NCBI GenBank assembly: GCA_963836955.1
Contig: CAWILO010000011.1
Location: forward strand, 491,703-555,702
Source: an uncultured delta proteobacterium
GTDB taxonomy: Bacteria > Desulfobacterota > Binatia > Binatales > Binataceae
Length of the DNA stretch: 64,000 bases
Direction of reading: 5' to 3'
Shown: positions 36,555 through 45,550 of the stretch, one piece after another
How positions within the stretch are numbered: position 1 is the first letter of the stretch
How the letters are laid out: the number at the start of each line of letters is the position of its first letter
The notes under the pieces: generated by a model
Seen by the model: only the letters and a program-made list of their open reading frames with translations
Databases searched by the model: none
What the model was told of the DNA's origin: nothing
Translations under genes and position numbers: made by a program

Positions 36555-37246
36555 GGTCTTCGCCTCCTCGTCGCGATCGTTTTGTCAGCAGCGCTATTCT
36601 TCGCTCGAGTTCTGTTGGATTTCGCACCACGCGCAACTTTGCGTTCGCCGCCTGGTCGCATCGCGCGATCGACAAGAGCCTGAACCGCAGTCTGTGCACG
36701 TTTGTCAGCGTCGCCGGATCGCAGGAATCGATGTGCGGCGTGATGACCGAGATAGATTCCGCAAAGCTCCCACACGAACTGATCGACATCGAGGTCGTGG
36801 CGAAAGTGCCCGAGATCGACGGCTCGCTGAACGAGTTCCGTCAGCAGGACGCGCCATTGCGCTTCCATTTCCAGGATCTTGTTCCTGACGCGACCCTCGA
36901 TGTCGTCGAACTCGAACAGGCCTGCCGCCACCGGACATCCTCCCGGCAGCCCCGCGCGCTGCGCCCATCCGAACCAGTTGCGAACCAGCGCATGCAATCG
37001 GGGAAGACCCTCGCGCGCCGTCATCGACGGCTCGAGCACATGCACCGCCGCGAACTCCGCCATATGCGACAGCAGTTCGATCTGAACATCTTCTTTCGAG
37101 CGGAAGTGCGCGAACAGCCCGCTTTTCGACATCCCGACCTGGTCGGCCAGAACTCCGAGGGTAACTCCCGCCAGGCCCGACTGGCTCATCAGAGCCAACC
37201 CCTGATGCAGAATTCGTTCACGGGTAGAGGTTTGGGGATTGGTCAT
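36551..37246 (-). CDS. TetR/AcrR family transcriptional regulator
   Basis: TRERIL..VGMSKSGLFAHFRSKE HTH; GCP motif; start chosen at ATG 37246. Confidence 0.92.
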   Translation of the reverse strand: MTNPQTSTRERILHQGLALMSQSGLAGVTLGVLADQVGMSKSGLFAHFRSKEDVQIELLSHMAEFAAVHVLEPSMTAREGLPRLHALVRNWFGWAQRAGLPGGCPVAAGLFEFDDIEGRVRNKILEMEAQWRVLLTELVQRAVDLGHFRHDLDVDQFVWELCGIYLGHHAAHRFLRSGDADKRAQTAVQALVDRAMRPGGERKVARGAKSNRTRAKNSAADKTIATRRRRP

Positions 37247-37260
37247 GCGCTCAGAACAGC

Positions 37261-37282
37261 ACGACCGGTCGTACTTTGTCAA
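37261..37282 (-). promoter_or_regulatory. TTGACA -35 and palindromic operator ACGACCGGTCGT upstream of the TetR gene
   Basis: Perfect 12-bp palindrome at 37261-37272 inside the spacer below TTGACA (37282-37277). Confidence 0.7.
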
Positions 37283-37331
37283 GCAACGTAATTCAGGAAA
37301 AAGGTCTCGTTGAGAAAAGTGCGCGATCAGA

Positions 37332-37718
37332 TCAGGTCGCTCTCGCTATCGACGCGTGGACGTGCGCGATACGCCAGCGCCCTTCCCGCTTGCGCAACAC
37401 GAAGGTGCGTCGATGCAACGGGCCCGGGAGCTTCAGATGAAACGTCACCAGTGCGATATCGCCGAATTCGCGCACGACCTGCTCTTGCGCATCGATTCGG
37501 ATCGGCGACGGCATCTGCTTGAGCGCCTCGACGATCGCCTTGAACTGCTCCATGATTGCCGCGCGGCCATCGAGCCGCGCCGGATAGGTGCCGAGCGGCG
37601 AGAACATCTGCGCGTCTTCTTCGAAGAACGGCGCGACTCGATCGAGTTCCCGCGACTCGACCGCGCGAAAGAATCCATCGAGCGTTTCCTGTACTGCGAT
37701 GTCGTTCAATACGCGCAC
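37332..37718 (-). CDS. NTF2/SnoaL-like (DUF4440-type) protein
   Basis: FFRAVESRELD..FSP..GRAAI..EFGDIALVTF..RRTFVLRK..WRIAHVHAS; the frame extends upstream to CTG 37859. Confidence 0.8.
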   Translation of the reverse strand: MRVLNDIAVQETLDGFFRAVESRELDRVAPFFEEDAQMFSPLGTYPARLDGRAAIMEQFKAIVEALKQMPSPIRIDAQEQVVREFGDIALVTFHLKLPGPLHRRTFVLRKREGRWRIAHVHASIARAT

Positions 37719-37903
37719 CCATTGAGCCCACAGCTGTGCAGTTCGGCATGAGGGCCATTTTGGAATTTGGATGATGCAGTAGGCGTTGTCGGGATCGTTA
37801 CAGCGAGGACATTCCTTTCCGCATATTTTTGGTTTGTTGTCTTTGCTCTCTTCGTTCAGCAGGAAGCCTCCTCCCTGGATGGTTTCAGATTTGTGACCGA
37901 AGC

Positions 37904-38680
37904 CTAAAAATGATCCTTGAGTTCGCGCGCCCTGGCAAAAATCGCGATCGGATCGTCGTCCACCGAGGGGTCGCGCTTTTTCAGATTCGCACGGAGCTCT
38001 GGACTATCGGTGCGAAGAAATGGATTGGTCTTCTTCTCGTCTCCGATCGTCGACGGCACCGTGAACTTGTTCTCCGCGCGAGTCTTCAAGCTCCAGTCGT
38101 GCTTCTTTTTCAACACCTCATTCCCCGGCTCCAACGTCAACGCGAAGCGCAGATTTTTTTCCGTGTATTCGTGACCGCAATAAACTTGCGTCAAGTCGGG
38201 TAGCGCCGCGAGCTTTTTCAGTGACCCGACCATCGTCGAGGCTTTTCCCTCGAACACGCGCCCGCACCCACCGACGAACATCGTGTCTCCCGTGAACACC
38301 GCGGCGAGCTGCGGAAAGTAATAAGCGACGTGACCGTTGGTATGCGCCGGGATTCCGATCACACGGCCCTCGAGCCCGCCGATTTTGACTTTGTCGCCGT
38401 CCGCCACTGGATTGGTCAGCGCGGGAATCTTTCCGCCTTCCGCGCTCGCGCCATAAATTTTGATTCCCGGCACCTTCGATGCGATGTCGTTGTTGCCGCC
38501 GGAATGATCGCCGTGCCAGTGAGTCGTCAGCACGGCGACGATTTTCGCGCCGTGCGATTTCGCCGCCGCGATCACCTTGTCGGCCTCCGCGCAGTCCACG
38601 ACCGCGCATTCCTTGCTGGGGTCGTCGATTACCAGGTACGCGTAGTTGTCCGAGAGCTGCGGGACGGTGATTATTGGCAT
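37904..38680 (-). CDS. gloB: Hydroxyacylglutathione hydrolase (glyoxalase II)
   Basis: DNYAYL, THWHGDHSGG, PAHTNGH, FTGDTMF..GCG, YCGHEYT, STIGDEKKTNPF. Confidence 0.93.
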   Translation of the reverse strand: MPIITVPQLSDNYAYLVIDDPSKECAVVDCAEADKVIAAAKSHGAKIVAVLTTHWHGDHSGGNNDIASKVPGIKIYGASAEGGKIPALTNPVADGDKVKIGGLEGRVIGIPAHTNGHVAYYFPQLAAVFTGDTMFVGGCGRVFEGKASTMVGSLKKLAALPDLTQVYCGHEYTEKNLRFALTLEPGNEVLKKKHDWSLKTRAENKFTVPSTIGDEKKTNPFLRTDSPELRANLKKRDPSVDDDPIAIFARARELKDHF

Positions 38681-38698
38681 CGCGAATACTCCTTGGAT

Positions 38699-39472
38699 CT
38701 AGACGCCGACGATATTGTACCCCACGTCCACGTAAAGCGTCTGGCCTGTGACGCCGCTCGAAAAATCGCTCAGTACCGCGGCCGCCATCTTGCCGACTTC
38801 CTCGATCTTCATCCCGCGGCGCAGCGGCGAACGCGCCTCGACCTCATGCACCATCGTATGGAAGTCGCGAATCGCCGACGACGACAGCGTACGCGCCGGC
38901 CCGGCACTGAGCGCGTTGACTCGTATATTCTTGGCTCCGAGATCCACCGACAGGTAGCGCACGCAGGCTTCCAGAGCGGCCTTCGCCACCCCCATCATGT
39001 TGTAGTTGGGAATCGCACGGACCGCGCCGAGGTAGCTGAGCGTCAGGATCGATCCGCCGCCGCGCGCCTCCATCAGCGGTTCCGCCGCGCGCGCAAGCGC
39101 GACCAGCGAGTATGCGCTGATCTCGAGCGACTTCTTGAAATTCTCGCGGCTCACCGTGAGAAATCGTTCGCGCAGATCCTCGCGCTCCGCAAAAGCGACC
39201 GCATGCACCAGCAGGTCGAGCCCGTCCCATTTTTTCTTGAGCGCCGCAAACACCGACGCGATTTGCGCGTCGTCATTCACGTCGAGCTCGCCGATTACGT
39301 CCGCCTCGATTTGCGCCGCCAGCGGACGCACGCGCTTTTCCAGGATCTCGCCCTGGTAGGTCAACGCGATCTCGGCGCCTTCCGCCGCCAGCGTCTGCGC
39401 TATCGACCACGCCAGGCTCTTGTCGTTGGCGACGCCGACCACCAACGCCCGCTTGCCCTGTACTATGCCCAT
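38699..39472 (-). CDS. fabI: Enoyl-ACP reductase (NADH)
   Basis: GVANDKSLAW, HAVAFA, SAYSL, YNMMGVAKAALE, SAGPART. Confidence 0.95.
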   Translation of the reverse strand: MGIVQGKRALVVGVANDKSLAWSIAQTLAAEGAEIALTYQGEILEKRVRPLAAQIEADVIGELDVNDDAQIASVFAALKKKWDGLDLLVHAVAFAEREDLRERFLTVSRENFKKSLEISAYSLVALARAAEPLMEARGGGSILTLSYLGAVRAIPNYNMMGVAKAALEACVRYLSVDLGAKNIRVNALSAGPARTLSSSAIRDFHTMVHEVEARSPLRRGMKIEEVGKMAAAVLSDFSSGVTGQTLYVDVGYNIVGV

Positions 39473-39507
39473 GGAAAGTATCCTTGTCCGCGACTGCGCG
39501 CCCGGGC

Positions 39508-40281
39508 TCAAATCGTAATCTTCATACCGTCATAGCCCATTTCCAGCGCAATCTCATCCTCGCGGCTCAGCACTTCGCGCCCCAGGTGCGTCAGCACCAT
39601 TCGACGCACCTTGAACTTGTCGCGATTCGCCGCCAGCAGCGGGTAGTTAAGATGGAACTTCAGATGATCACTCTCGTAGTAGGTGCATTCGCACAGGAAC
39701 AGATCGGCGCCCGCGCTGAACTCCACCAACTCATCATTCCATCCGCTGTCGCCCGAGAAAACTATCGACTTCCCGCCGCCGTCGACTCTTAACGACAGCG
39801 AGATGTCGGGCTTGGTGTGCGGACTGCGAATCGCACTCACCTTGAACTTGCCCAGCCGCGTCGAGCTCTCCGGCTCGAGCACCACGAACTTCAGCTTGTG
39901 CCTGACCTTCTCGAGCTCGAAATGCGGGAACATCGTGCGCATCAGCTGCCACGTCCGCTCCTCGAGCCTGGACGGGCCCGCAATCGTCAGCACTTTTTTG
40001 CGCCGCGTCTCCCACATGTAGTCGAGGATCAAAAACGGCAGTCCCGCGAAATGATCGCCGTGCAGATGGCTGATAAGCAGCAGGTCGAAACTGTCGGTCG
40101 AGACGCCGTTGCTTTTGAGCGCCTGCATCAGGCAGGGCCCCGCTTCCATCAGGATCCGCCCGCCGGGCGCGTCGATTAGATAGCCTGATTGTGAACGGCC
40201 GAAGCTCGCGAACGCATCTCCGGTGCCGAACAGGGTCACGGTCACCGGCTTGCCGTTCGATGCCGTGCGATTCGGATTCAT
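39508..40281 (-). CDS. MBL-fold metallohydrolase (RNase Z/BN-like)
   Basis: FGTGDAF, ISHLHGDHFAG, FSGDSG, LTHL. Confidence 0.88.
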   Translation of the reverse strand: MNPNRTASNGKPVTVTLFGTGDAFASFGRSQSGYLIDAPGGRILMEAGPCLMQALKSNGVSTDSFDLLLISHLHGDHFAGLPFLILDYMWETRRKKVLTIAGPSRLEERTWQLMRTMFPHFELEKVRHKLKFVVLEPESSTRLGKFKVSAIRSPHTKPDISLSLRVDGGGKSIVFSGDSGWNDELVEFSAGADLFLCECTYYESDHLKFHLNYPLLAANRDKFKVRRMVLTHLGREVLSREDEIALEMGYDGMKITI

Positions 40282-40338
40282 TGCGGCGGCCTATGCTATT
40301 ATCATCGGCGAACGCGCGCAACGAAGGGAGCGCCGGCG

Positions 40339-41289
40339 ATGAAACAGGTAAAAATCGGAGTTGGATTCGGACTTTGGCGGCTCGGGATGCCCCCGGCGGA
40401 AACCATCGCGCGCGTCGCCGAGCGCGCCGAAGATTGGGGCCTCGACTCCTTCTGGCTCTCCGATCATCTGCTCGCACCCTCGCCCGAACTCGACGTTGTC
40501 GCGACCCTGTCGCTCCTCGCCTCGCGCACCTCGCGCATGAAACTCGGCCCGAGCGTGCTGCTGCTCAACCTGCGACACCCCCTGATGGTTGCGAAATCGT
40601 TCGCGTCGCTTGACTACCTGTCAGGCGGCCGGATGGTGATGGCGGTTGGCACCGGCGCCAATCTCGCCGACTATGCCGCCTGCGGAATCCCGCTCGAAGG
40701 ACGCGGCAAGCGCCTCGACGAAGGTATCGAGGTGCTGCGCACCGTATGGCGCGATCGCGTCGCCAGTTATCACGGGCGCTTCTTCAACTTCGACAACGTC
40801 ACCATCGAGCCGCGTCCCGCCGCGCGCACCAACAACGATTTCGGCACGATGGACATCTGGGTCGGCGGCCGCTCCGACGCGGCGCTGAAACGCGCGGCGC
40901 GCCTGGCCGACGGCTTCTTCGCATCGTTCCAGACTCCCGACGAATTCGGCGCCAGCATGGCGAAGATTCGCGACTACGCCGCCGGCTACGGACGCGCCAA
41001 CGCGCACATCGAATCGGGACTTATCCTGCTTTGCCGGATCTCGATGTCGCGCGAGCGCGCACTCGAGGAGATGCGCCCGATGCTCGCCGCGATGGGCCGC
41101 GGCGCGGAAGCGTACCTCGAACGCACTGTTTACGGCTCTCCCGACGATGTCATCGCGCGCCTGGGCGAGTATGTTGCGAAGGGTCTCGACAAGTTTGTAC
41201 TGTGGCCAATCGCGGAACCCGATGCGTGGCCGAAGCAAATCGAACTGGTCGGCCGCGAAATTGCCTCGAACTACGAAAAGGCTGCCTGA
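40339..41289 (+). CDS. LLM-class flavin-dependent oxidoreductase
   Basis: AEDWGLDSFWLSDH, HPLMVAKS..LDYLSGGR, IWVGG..AARLADG. Confidence 0.92.
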   Translation: MKQVKIGVGFGLWRLGMPPAETIARVAERAEDWGLDSFWLSDHLLAPSPELDVVATLSLLASRTSRMKLGPSVLLLNLRHPLMVAKSFASLDYLSGGRMVMAVGTGANLADYAACGIPLEGRGKRLDEGIEVLRTVWRDRVASYHGRFFNFDNVTIEPRPAARTNNDFGTMDIWVGGRSDAALKRAARLADGFFASFQTPDEFGASMAKIRDYAAGYGRANAHIESGLILLCRISMSRERALEEMRPMLAAMGRGAEAYLERTVYGSPDDVIARLGEYVAKGLDKFVLWPIAEPDAWPKQIELVGREIASNYEKAA

Positions 41290-41863
41290 ACAGTTCGCGC
41301 GGACCGCAGCCGCCGTCGCCATCGCGTTCGTCGTTGCAACTTACGCCGGATGCGCCAGCCCTCCGCCGCTCAAAGCTCCACCGCGCATCTTCGCCAGCTC
41401 CGAAGACGTCGAGATCAACTTTCGCGACCGTACATTCGTCCTCGGCAACAACGATCAAATCGCGGAAGTGCGCCCACCCAATTGGCCCAAGGACAAGTAC
41501 CTCAAGCTGCCGTTCTGGTTCGGCGTCAACATCCTGGTGCCGGGAGTCAACGCGCCCAGGGAGGGCGACTTCTATGTCATCAGCGAGGCGACTCTCGAAA
41601 AACTCTTGGACACGCCCGGCGAATGGATGATCGAAGCGGGCAGCTCACTTGTGAAACAGGAAACGGTCTTCATCACGACCCGCACAAAATATCTGACACC
41701 CGGAAAAATCCTGCCTACCATCGTTCAGTACATGGGCAGGCGCGAGTTCAAGCGCCCCGACGGTAAGGTCGTCCAGCTTCCTGTCCTGCGTGAAGTCTCG
41801 TTGCCGATGAAATGGACGCTCGGCGGCAGAATCCCGGCGATATACGCGAGATACACCACATGA
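41282..41863 (+). CDS. Hypothetical lipoprotein, paralog 1
   Basis: Hydrophobic signal with YAGC lipobox; colinear similarity to the next gene; start uncertain. Confidence 0.7.
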   Translation: MPEQFARTAAAVAIAFVVATYAGCASPPPLKAPPRIFASSEDVEINFRDRTFVLGNNDQIAEVRPPNWPKDKYLKLPFWFGVNILVPGVNAPREGDFYVISEATLEKLLDTPGEWMIEAGSSLVKQETVFITTRTKYLTPGKILPTIVQYMGRREFKRPDGKVVQLPVLREVSLPMKWTLGGRIPAIYARYTT

Positions 41864-42477
41864 TTCGGCGCGGCGGGACGATCCTCCTTGCAATCGCGCT
41901 AGCGCTCATCACCGTCGTCGCCGGATGCACTCCCGACAAGGCGCTCGACTTCGGCCCGACTGGCGAGATCACCACGCCGCCCGAGGATCAGATGAGCCGC
42001 GACATCATGCGCGACTTCGCTGGCCGCGATTTCATCCTCGGCAATAACGATCACGAGGCGCATATCAGACTCGCCGAGTGGAAACCCGGCCGCGGCATCG
42101 TCATGCCGTACTGGCTCGGCGTGAATCCGCTCTACCCGGGATTCCTGCGCCCGACCGTCGGACATCTATATGTGATAAGCCAATCGGTGCTGGTCCGCCC
42201 GCTCGGCAACAACGAATACCTGATTCGCGCCGGCTCGAAACTCTTCAAGAGCGACACCGTCTTCGAAGCAACCCACACGCGCTACACAGACACCGGCGGG
42301 ATGCTCCCAACAATAGTCCGCTTCGTAGGCACCCGAGTAATAACAGTCCCAAAAGACGCCCCAGCCACAGGCACAATCACCGAAAAAGTCCCAGTCCTAC
42401 GCGAAGTCTCAATGCCAATGCACACAACCCCAGACCAGGACCTAACAGGCTACGCCAAGTTCGAAGCGGTCAAATGA
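41860..42477 (+). CDS. Hypothetical lipoprotein, paralog 2
   Basis: ATGA overlap with the previous gene; MIRRGG..VVAGC lipobox; shared LGNND, LPTIV and PVLREVS.PM motifs. Confidence 0.8.
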   Translation: MIRRGGTILLAIALALITVVAGCTPDKALDFGPTGEITTPPEDQMSRDIMRDFAGRDFILGNNDHEAHIRLAEWKPGRGIVMPYWLGVNPLYPGFLRPTVGHLYVISQSVLVRPLGNNEYLIRAGSKLFKSDTVFEATHTRYTDTGGMLPTIVRFVGTRVITVPKDAPATGTITEKVPVLREVSMPMHTTPDQDLTGYAKFEAVK

Positions 42478-42588
42478 ACACGCAGCGAAGGCGTACCGCA
42501 GCGCCACCTGATCCGCCGACCGCTTTTCCCCGTTCATCCCTGTGGAAAGATCTGCGAGCGCTAGCTTGAACCGGATTGGGATTTCAGT

Positions 42589-42603
42589 AGTTATAATATA
42601 ACT
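42589..42603. promoter_or_regulatory. Perfect palindrome AGTTATA-A-TATAACT containing TATAAT and abutting the ATG at 42604
   Basis: 7-bp arms; TATAAT at 42592-97 places +1 on the A of the ATG. Confidence 0.75.
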
Positions 42604-43248
42604 ATGAGAATACCAAACGGTGATGAGGTGCTGGTAGACGCGCGACTTATCCTCGAAGTAATCTGCGCGGCGCTGAAGTTCGGTGAGGAGCGCACAAAGG
42701 CTTTCTTCGCAAGAGAGGAGGAACAAACACCTGATCGGTGCTTAACGCACAATTTGGTACGCTTCCACGCAAAGCGGTATTTAGCTTCGGCTGGCCGCGT
42801 AGTTCGCGATCTGGACGCCTCGGAGGACTATGAGCTTGCGCCGCTGGGGAACAATGGCCTTCAAATAGAGACCCAGAAGTACTGCATCCGGATCAGAAAG
42901 GCCGCTAGAGGCCAGCTGCCAGCGGCTGGGTCTGAGGTTCTGGATCGATTCTACGATCAACGAATGTTGCAGTTTCCAAATGCGCTTGCGCAGGAAATCT
43001 TGAGGCTCGTCGTGTTGTGGGACGTTACGGCAGACTACTCGCTTACCACTTTGGCAATAGCTTTGCCGCGTTTCGGGGGCAAAGAGCCGGAAGTCTATTG
43101 GTCCGTGCAAATTCCCATGGACGAAATGCTCGCATCGTTTAGCACTCAGAATGGTGCGAGCGGCGTCGCCGAAGGTGATGACTTACCGATGTCTGTCAAA
43201 GACGATGACGAGCTCAAGAAGGAAAACAAATCGGGTGACGATGATTAA
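42604..43248 (+). CDS. Hypothetical protein, candidate toxin/effector
   Basis: 214-aa ORF, lower GC than its neighbours, acidic C-terminal tail, stop overlaps the start of the next gene. Confidence 0.75.
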   Translation: MRIPNGDEVLVDARLILEVICAALKFGEERTKAFFAREEEQTPDRCLTHNLVRFHAKRYLASAGRVVRDLDASEDYELAPLGNNGLQIETQKYCIRIRKAARGQLPAAGSEVLDRFYDQRMLQFPNALAQEILRLVVLWDVTADYSLTTLAIALPRFGGKEPEVYWSVQIPMDEMLASFSTQNGASGVAEGDDLPMSVKDDDELKKENKSGDDD

Positions 43249-44347
43249 TGGGGAGCGAGTTAGACAAATCCGTGAGCTCTTGGATCTCACCCAAAAGGAA
43301 CTCGCAGGCCGGATCAATGTAGCGCAAGCCGCGATAGCAAAAATTGAGTCAGGGGAGCTCAAACCTTCCGAACAGTTAGTTCGTCAGCTGGCGCTTGCAA
43401 CGGGGTTCCCTGTTGAGTTCTTCCGTAGAGAGGATGGGCCAGATTTTCCCTTAGGTTCACTGCTCTTTCGTGCTCATGCTACCGCAGCGATACGCAGCAG
43501 GACCGAAGCATATAGATACGCCCAACTCGCGTTCGAAATGGCGCAGTCGTTGGCGCAACGAGTCAACTCTCCTTCACTAAGATTACCGCGTCTGTCCGAA
43601 TCGTCATCTGTCGCAGCCACGATAACGAGAGCACAACTCGGATTTCCTCCGGACACACCTATTCCCAACTTAATTAAAGCGGCAGAGTTGGCAGGCGTTC
43701 TGATCCTCAATTTGCCTGTTGAGATCGAACATCGCGATGCCTTTTCGCATTGGGTCGGCGAGCAGGAAACCGCCAAACCTGTGATCTGCGTCTCAGGCGG
43801 AAAAACCGGGGACAGGAGAAGGTGGAGCGTCGCCCATGAGATTGGGCATTTGGTTATGCATCACGCTTTGCATGGGCAGCTCGCCGACATTGAGAAAGAG
43901 GCGAACCGCTTTGCCGCAGAGTTGCTGCTACCTGAAGCGGCCATGCGGAGAGAGATCGTGCCGCCGGTGTCCTTGCTAAGCTTGTCCCGACTTAAGCCGC
44001 GATGGAAAGTGGCGATCCAGGCGCTCACGCGCCGCTGTTACGAACTCGAGATAATTTCTCGTAGACAATACGGCTACCTCTTTGAGCAGATCTCTGCACG
44101 CGGATGGAGACTTCGAGAACCAGCGAACCTCGATTTGCCAATTGAGCGACCGCGCGGGCTCAGGAAGATGGCTGAACTGCTGTATGGTGTGCCAATCAAC
44201 TATGGAAAATTAGCTCGCGAACTCGACTTACCCGCGTCTTTAGTTAGAACGGTACTTGAGGCACACGCTGAGAAGAGCGAGTTCGCTGCCAGAAAGTCAT
44301 TTCCTAATCTTGTCTCTCTGAAGCGCTCTCGCAACGAACGGAGTTGA
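43241..44347 (+). CDS. HTH-XRE + ImmA/IrrE-family Zn metallopeptidase fusion
   Basis: VRQIRELLDLTQKELA..IAKIESG HTH; RRWSVAHEIGH (HExxH); EKEANRFAAELLLP; start chosen at ATG 43241. Confidence 0.93.
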   Translation: MINGERVRQIRELLDLTQKELAGRINVAQAAIAKIESGELKPSEQLVRQLALATGFPVEFFRREDGPDFPLGSLLFRAHATAAIRSRTEAYRYAQLAFEMAQSLAQRVNSPSLRLPRLSESSSVAATITRAQLGFPPDTPIPNLIKAAELAGVLILNLPVEIEHRDAFSHWVGEQETAKPVICVSGGKTGDRRRWSVAHEIGHLVMHHALHGQLADIEKEANRFAAELLLPEAAMRREIVPPVSLLSLSRLKPRWKVAIQALTRRCYELEIISRRQYGYLFEQISARGWRLREPANLDLPIERPRGLRKMAELLYGVPINYGKLARELDLPASLVRTVLEAHAEKSEFAARKSFPNLVSLKRSRNERS

Positions 44348-44393
44348 AAAGACCTGATACCCTCCGATCTGCGGATTCAGGAGAGCGGACCTC

Positions 44394-44812
<419 letters not shown>

Positions 44813-44818
44813 ATTGCC

Positions 44819-45550
44819 CTAGGGCTGAAACATCCAAACTCGCAGTGGGCCTATCGACTCGAAACCCAGCGCACGTGCGTTGCGGAGTTCATCTCCGTGC
44901 TCATATCCGACAATCGGCAAGCCGGGAAATACTTGGCCGATCGTCGCCAGCGACTCCGCGGCGCGATCGCGCATCTGGGCGGCGGGTGCAAAGAAGTTCG
45001 ACCATCCAACAACGCCGTCGCTGCGATTCGCGATCGCCCCGGCGACGATACGGCCATCGCGATAACCGGCGAGCACCGCGACGTCCTTGTTATCGAGTAG
45101 CGCAGGCACGAAAATTCTGTCTTCGCCCGCGTCACCGCCTGCCCGGCTCCACGCGGACTCCCATTCCGCAAGAGCGCGATCGTCCCGCACAACCTCCCAT
45201 CGCGTCGCCTTTCCCTCAGCGGCAACCGCCCCCATCCGCGAAATCGGTAAATAAATCCACTCCGCAGCGAACAACAGCTGGAATCCTCGCGACGCAAGCT
45301 CGAGCATGCAGAAACTGTCTTTGACCGCCCATCCGCGCGGCAGGCGCGCCGCAACCAGCTCATCGGTCAGACCGAGCTGCCGTTGACTGGGCTCCGCCAG
45401 CGTTCCGGCGTTGGGATAAAAGCGCGGAACCTGGCGGCGATTCAGCCACATCTCGTCGTGGAACTCGCCGGGATTCCCATGCGCGGCGCAAACCGCGTCG
45501 CACAACTCGGCATTGTTACGCGCCGCGCGAATGTTTCGCTCGTCCAGCAT
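44819..45550 (-). CDS. Hypothetical protein (possibly GNAT-like)
   Basis: MLDERNIRAARNNAELCDAV..WAVKDSF..GFESIGPLRVW; start overlaps the stop of the upstream methyltransferase. Confidence 0.7.
   Translation of the reverse strand: MLDERNIRAARNNAELCDAVCAAHGNPGEFHDEMWLNRRQVPRFYPNAGTLAEPSQRQLGLTDELVAARLPRGWAVKDSFCMLELASRGFQLLFAAEWIYLPISRMGAVAAEGKATRWEVVRDDRALAEWESAWSRAGGDAGEDRIFVPALLDNKDVAVLAGYRDGRIVAGAIANRSDGVVGWSNFFAPAAQMRDRAAESLATIGQVFPGLPIVGYEHGDELRNARALGFESIGPLRVWMFQP

Noticed and set aside
41282-42477. Diversity-generating retroelement (template/variable repeat) explanation for the A-rich patch and paralog pair
   Set aside because: No reverse transcriptase, no near-identical repeat pair, and the adenines are at third rather than first or second codon positions.
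42506-44373. Short direct repeats (ACCTGAT, GATCTGCG) on both sides of the toxin-antitoxin-like module as att sites or target duplications
   Set aside because: Only 7-8 bp, spacing differs between the two sides, and no integrase is present; compatible with chance.
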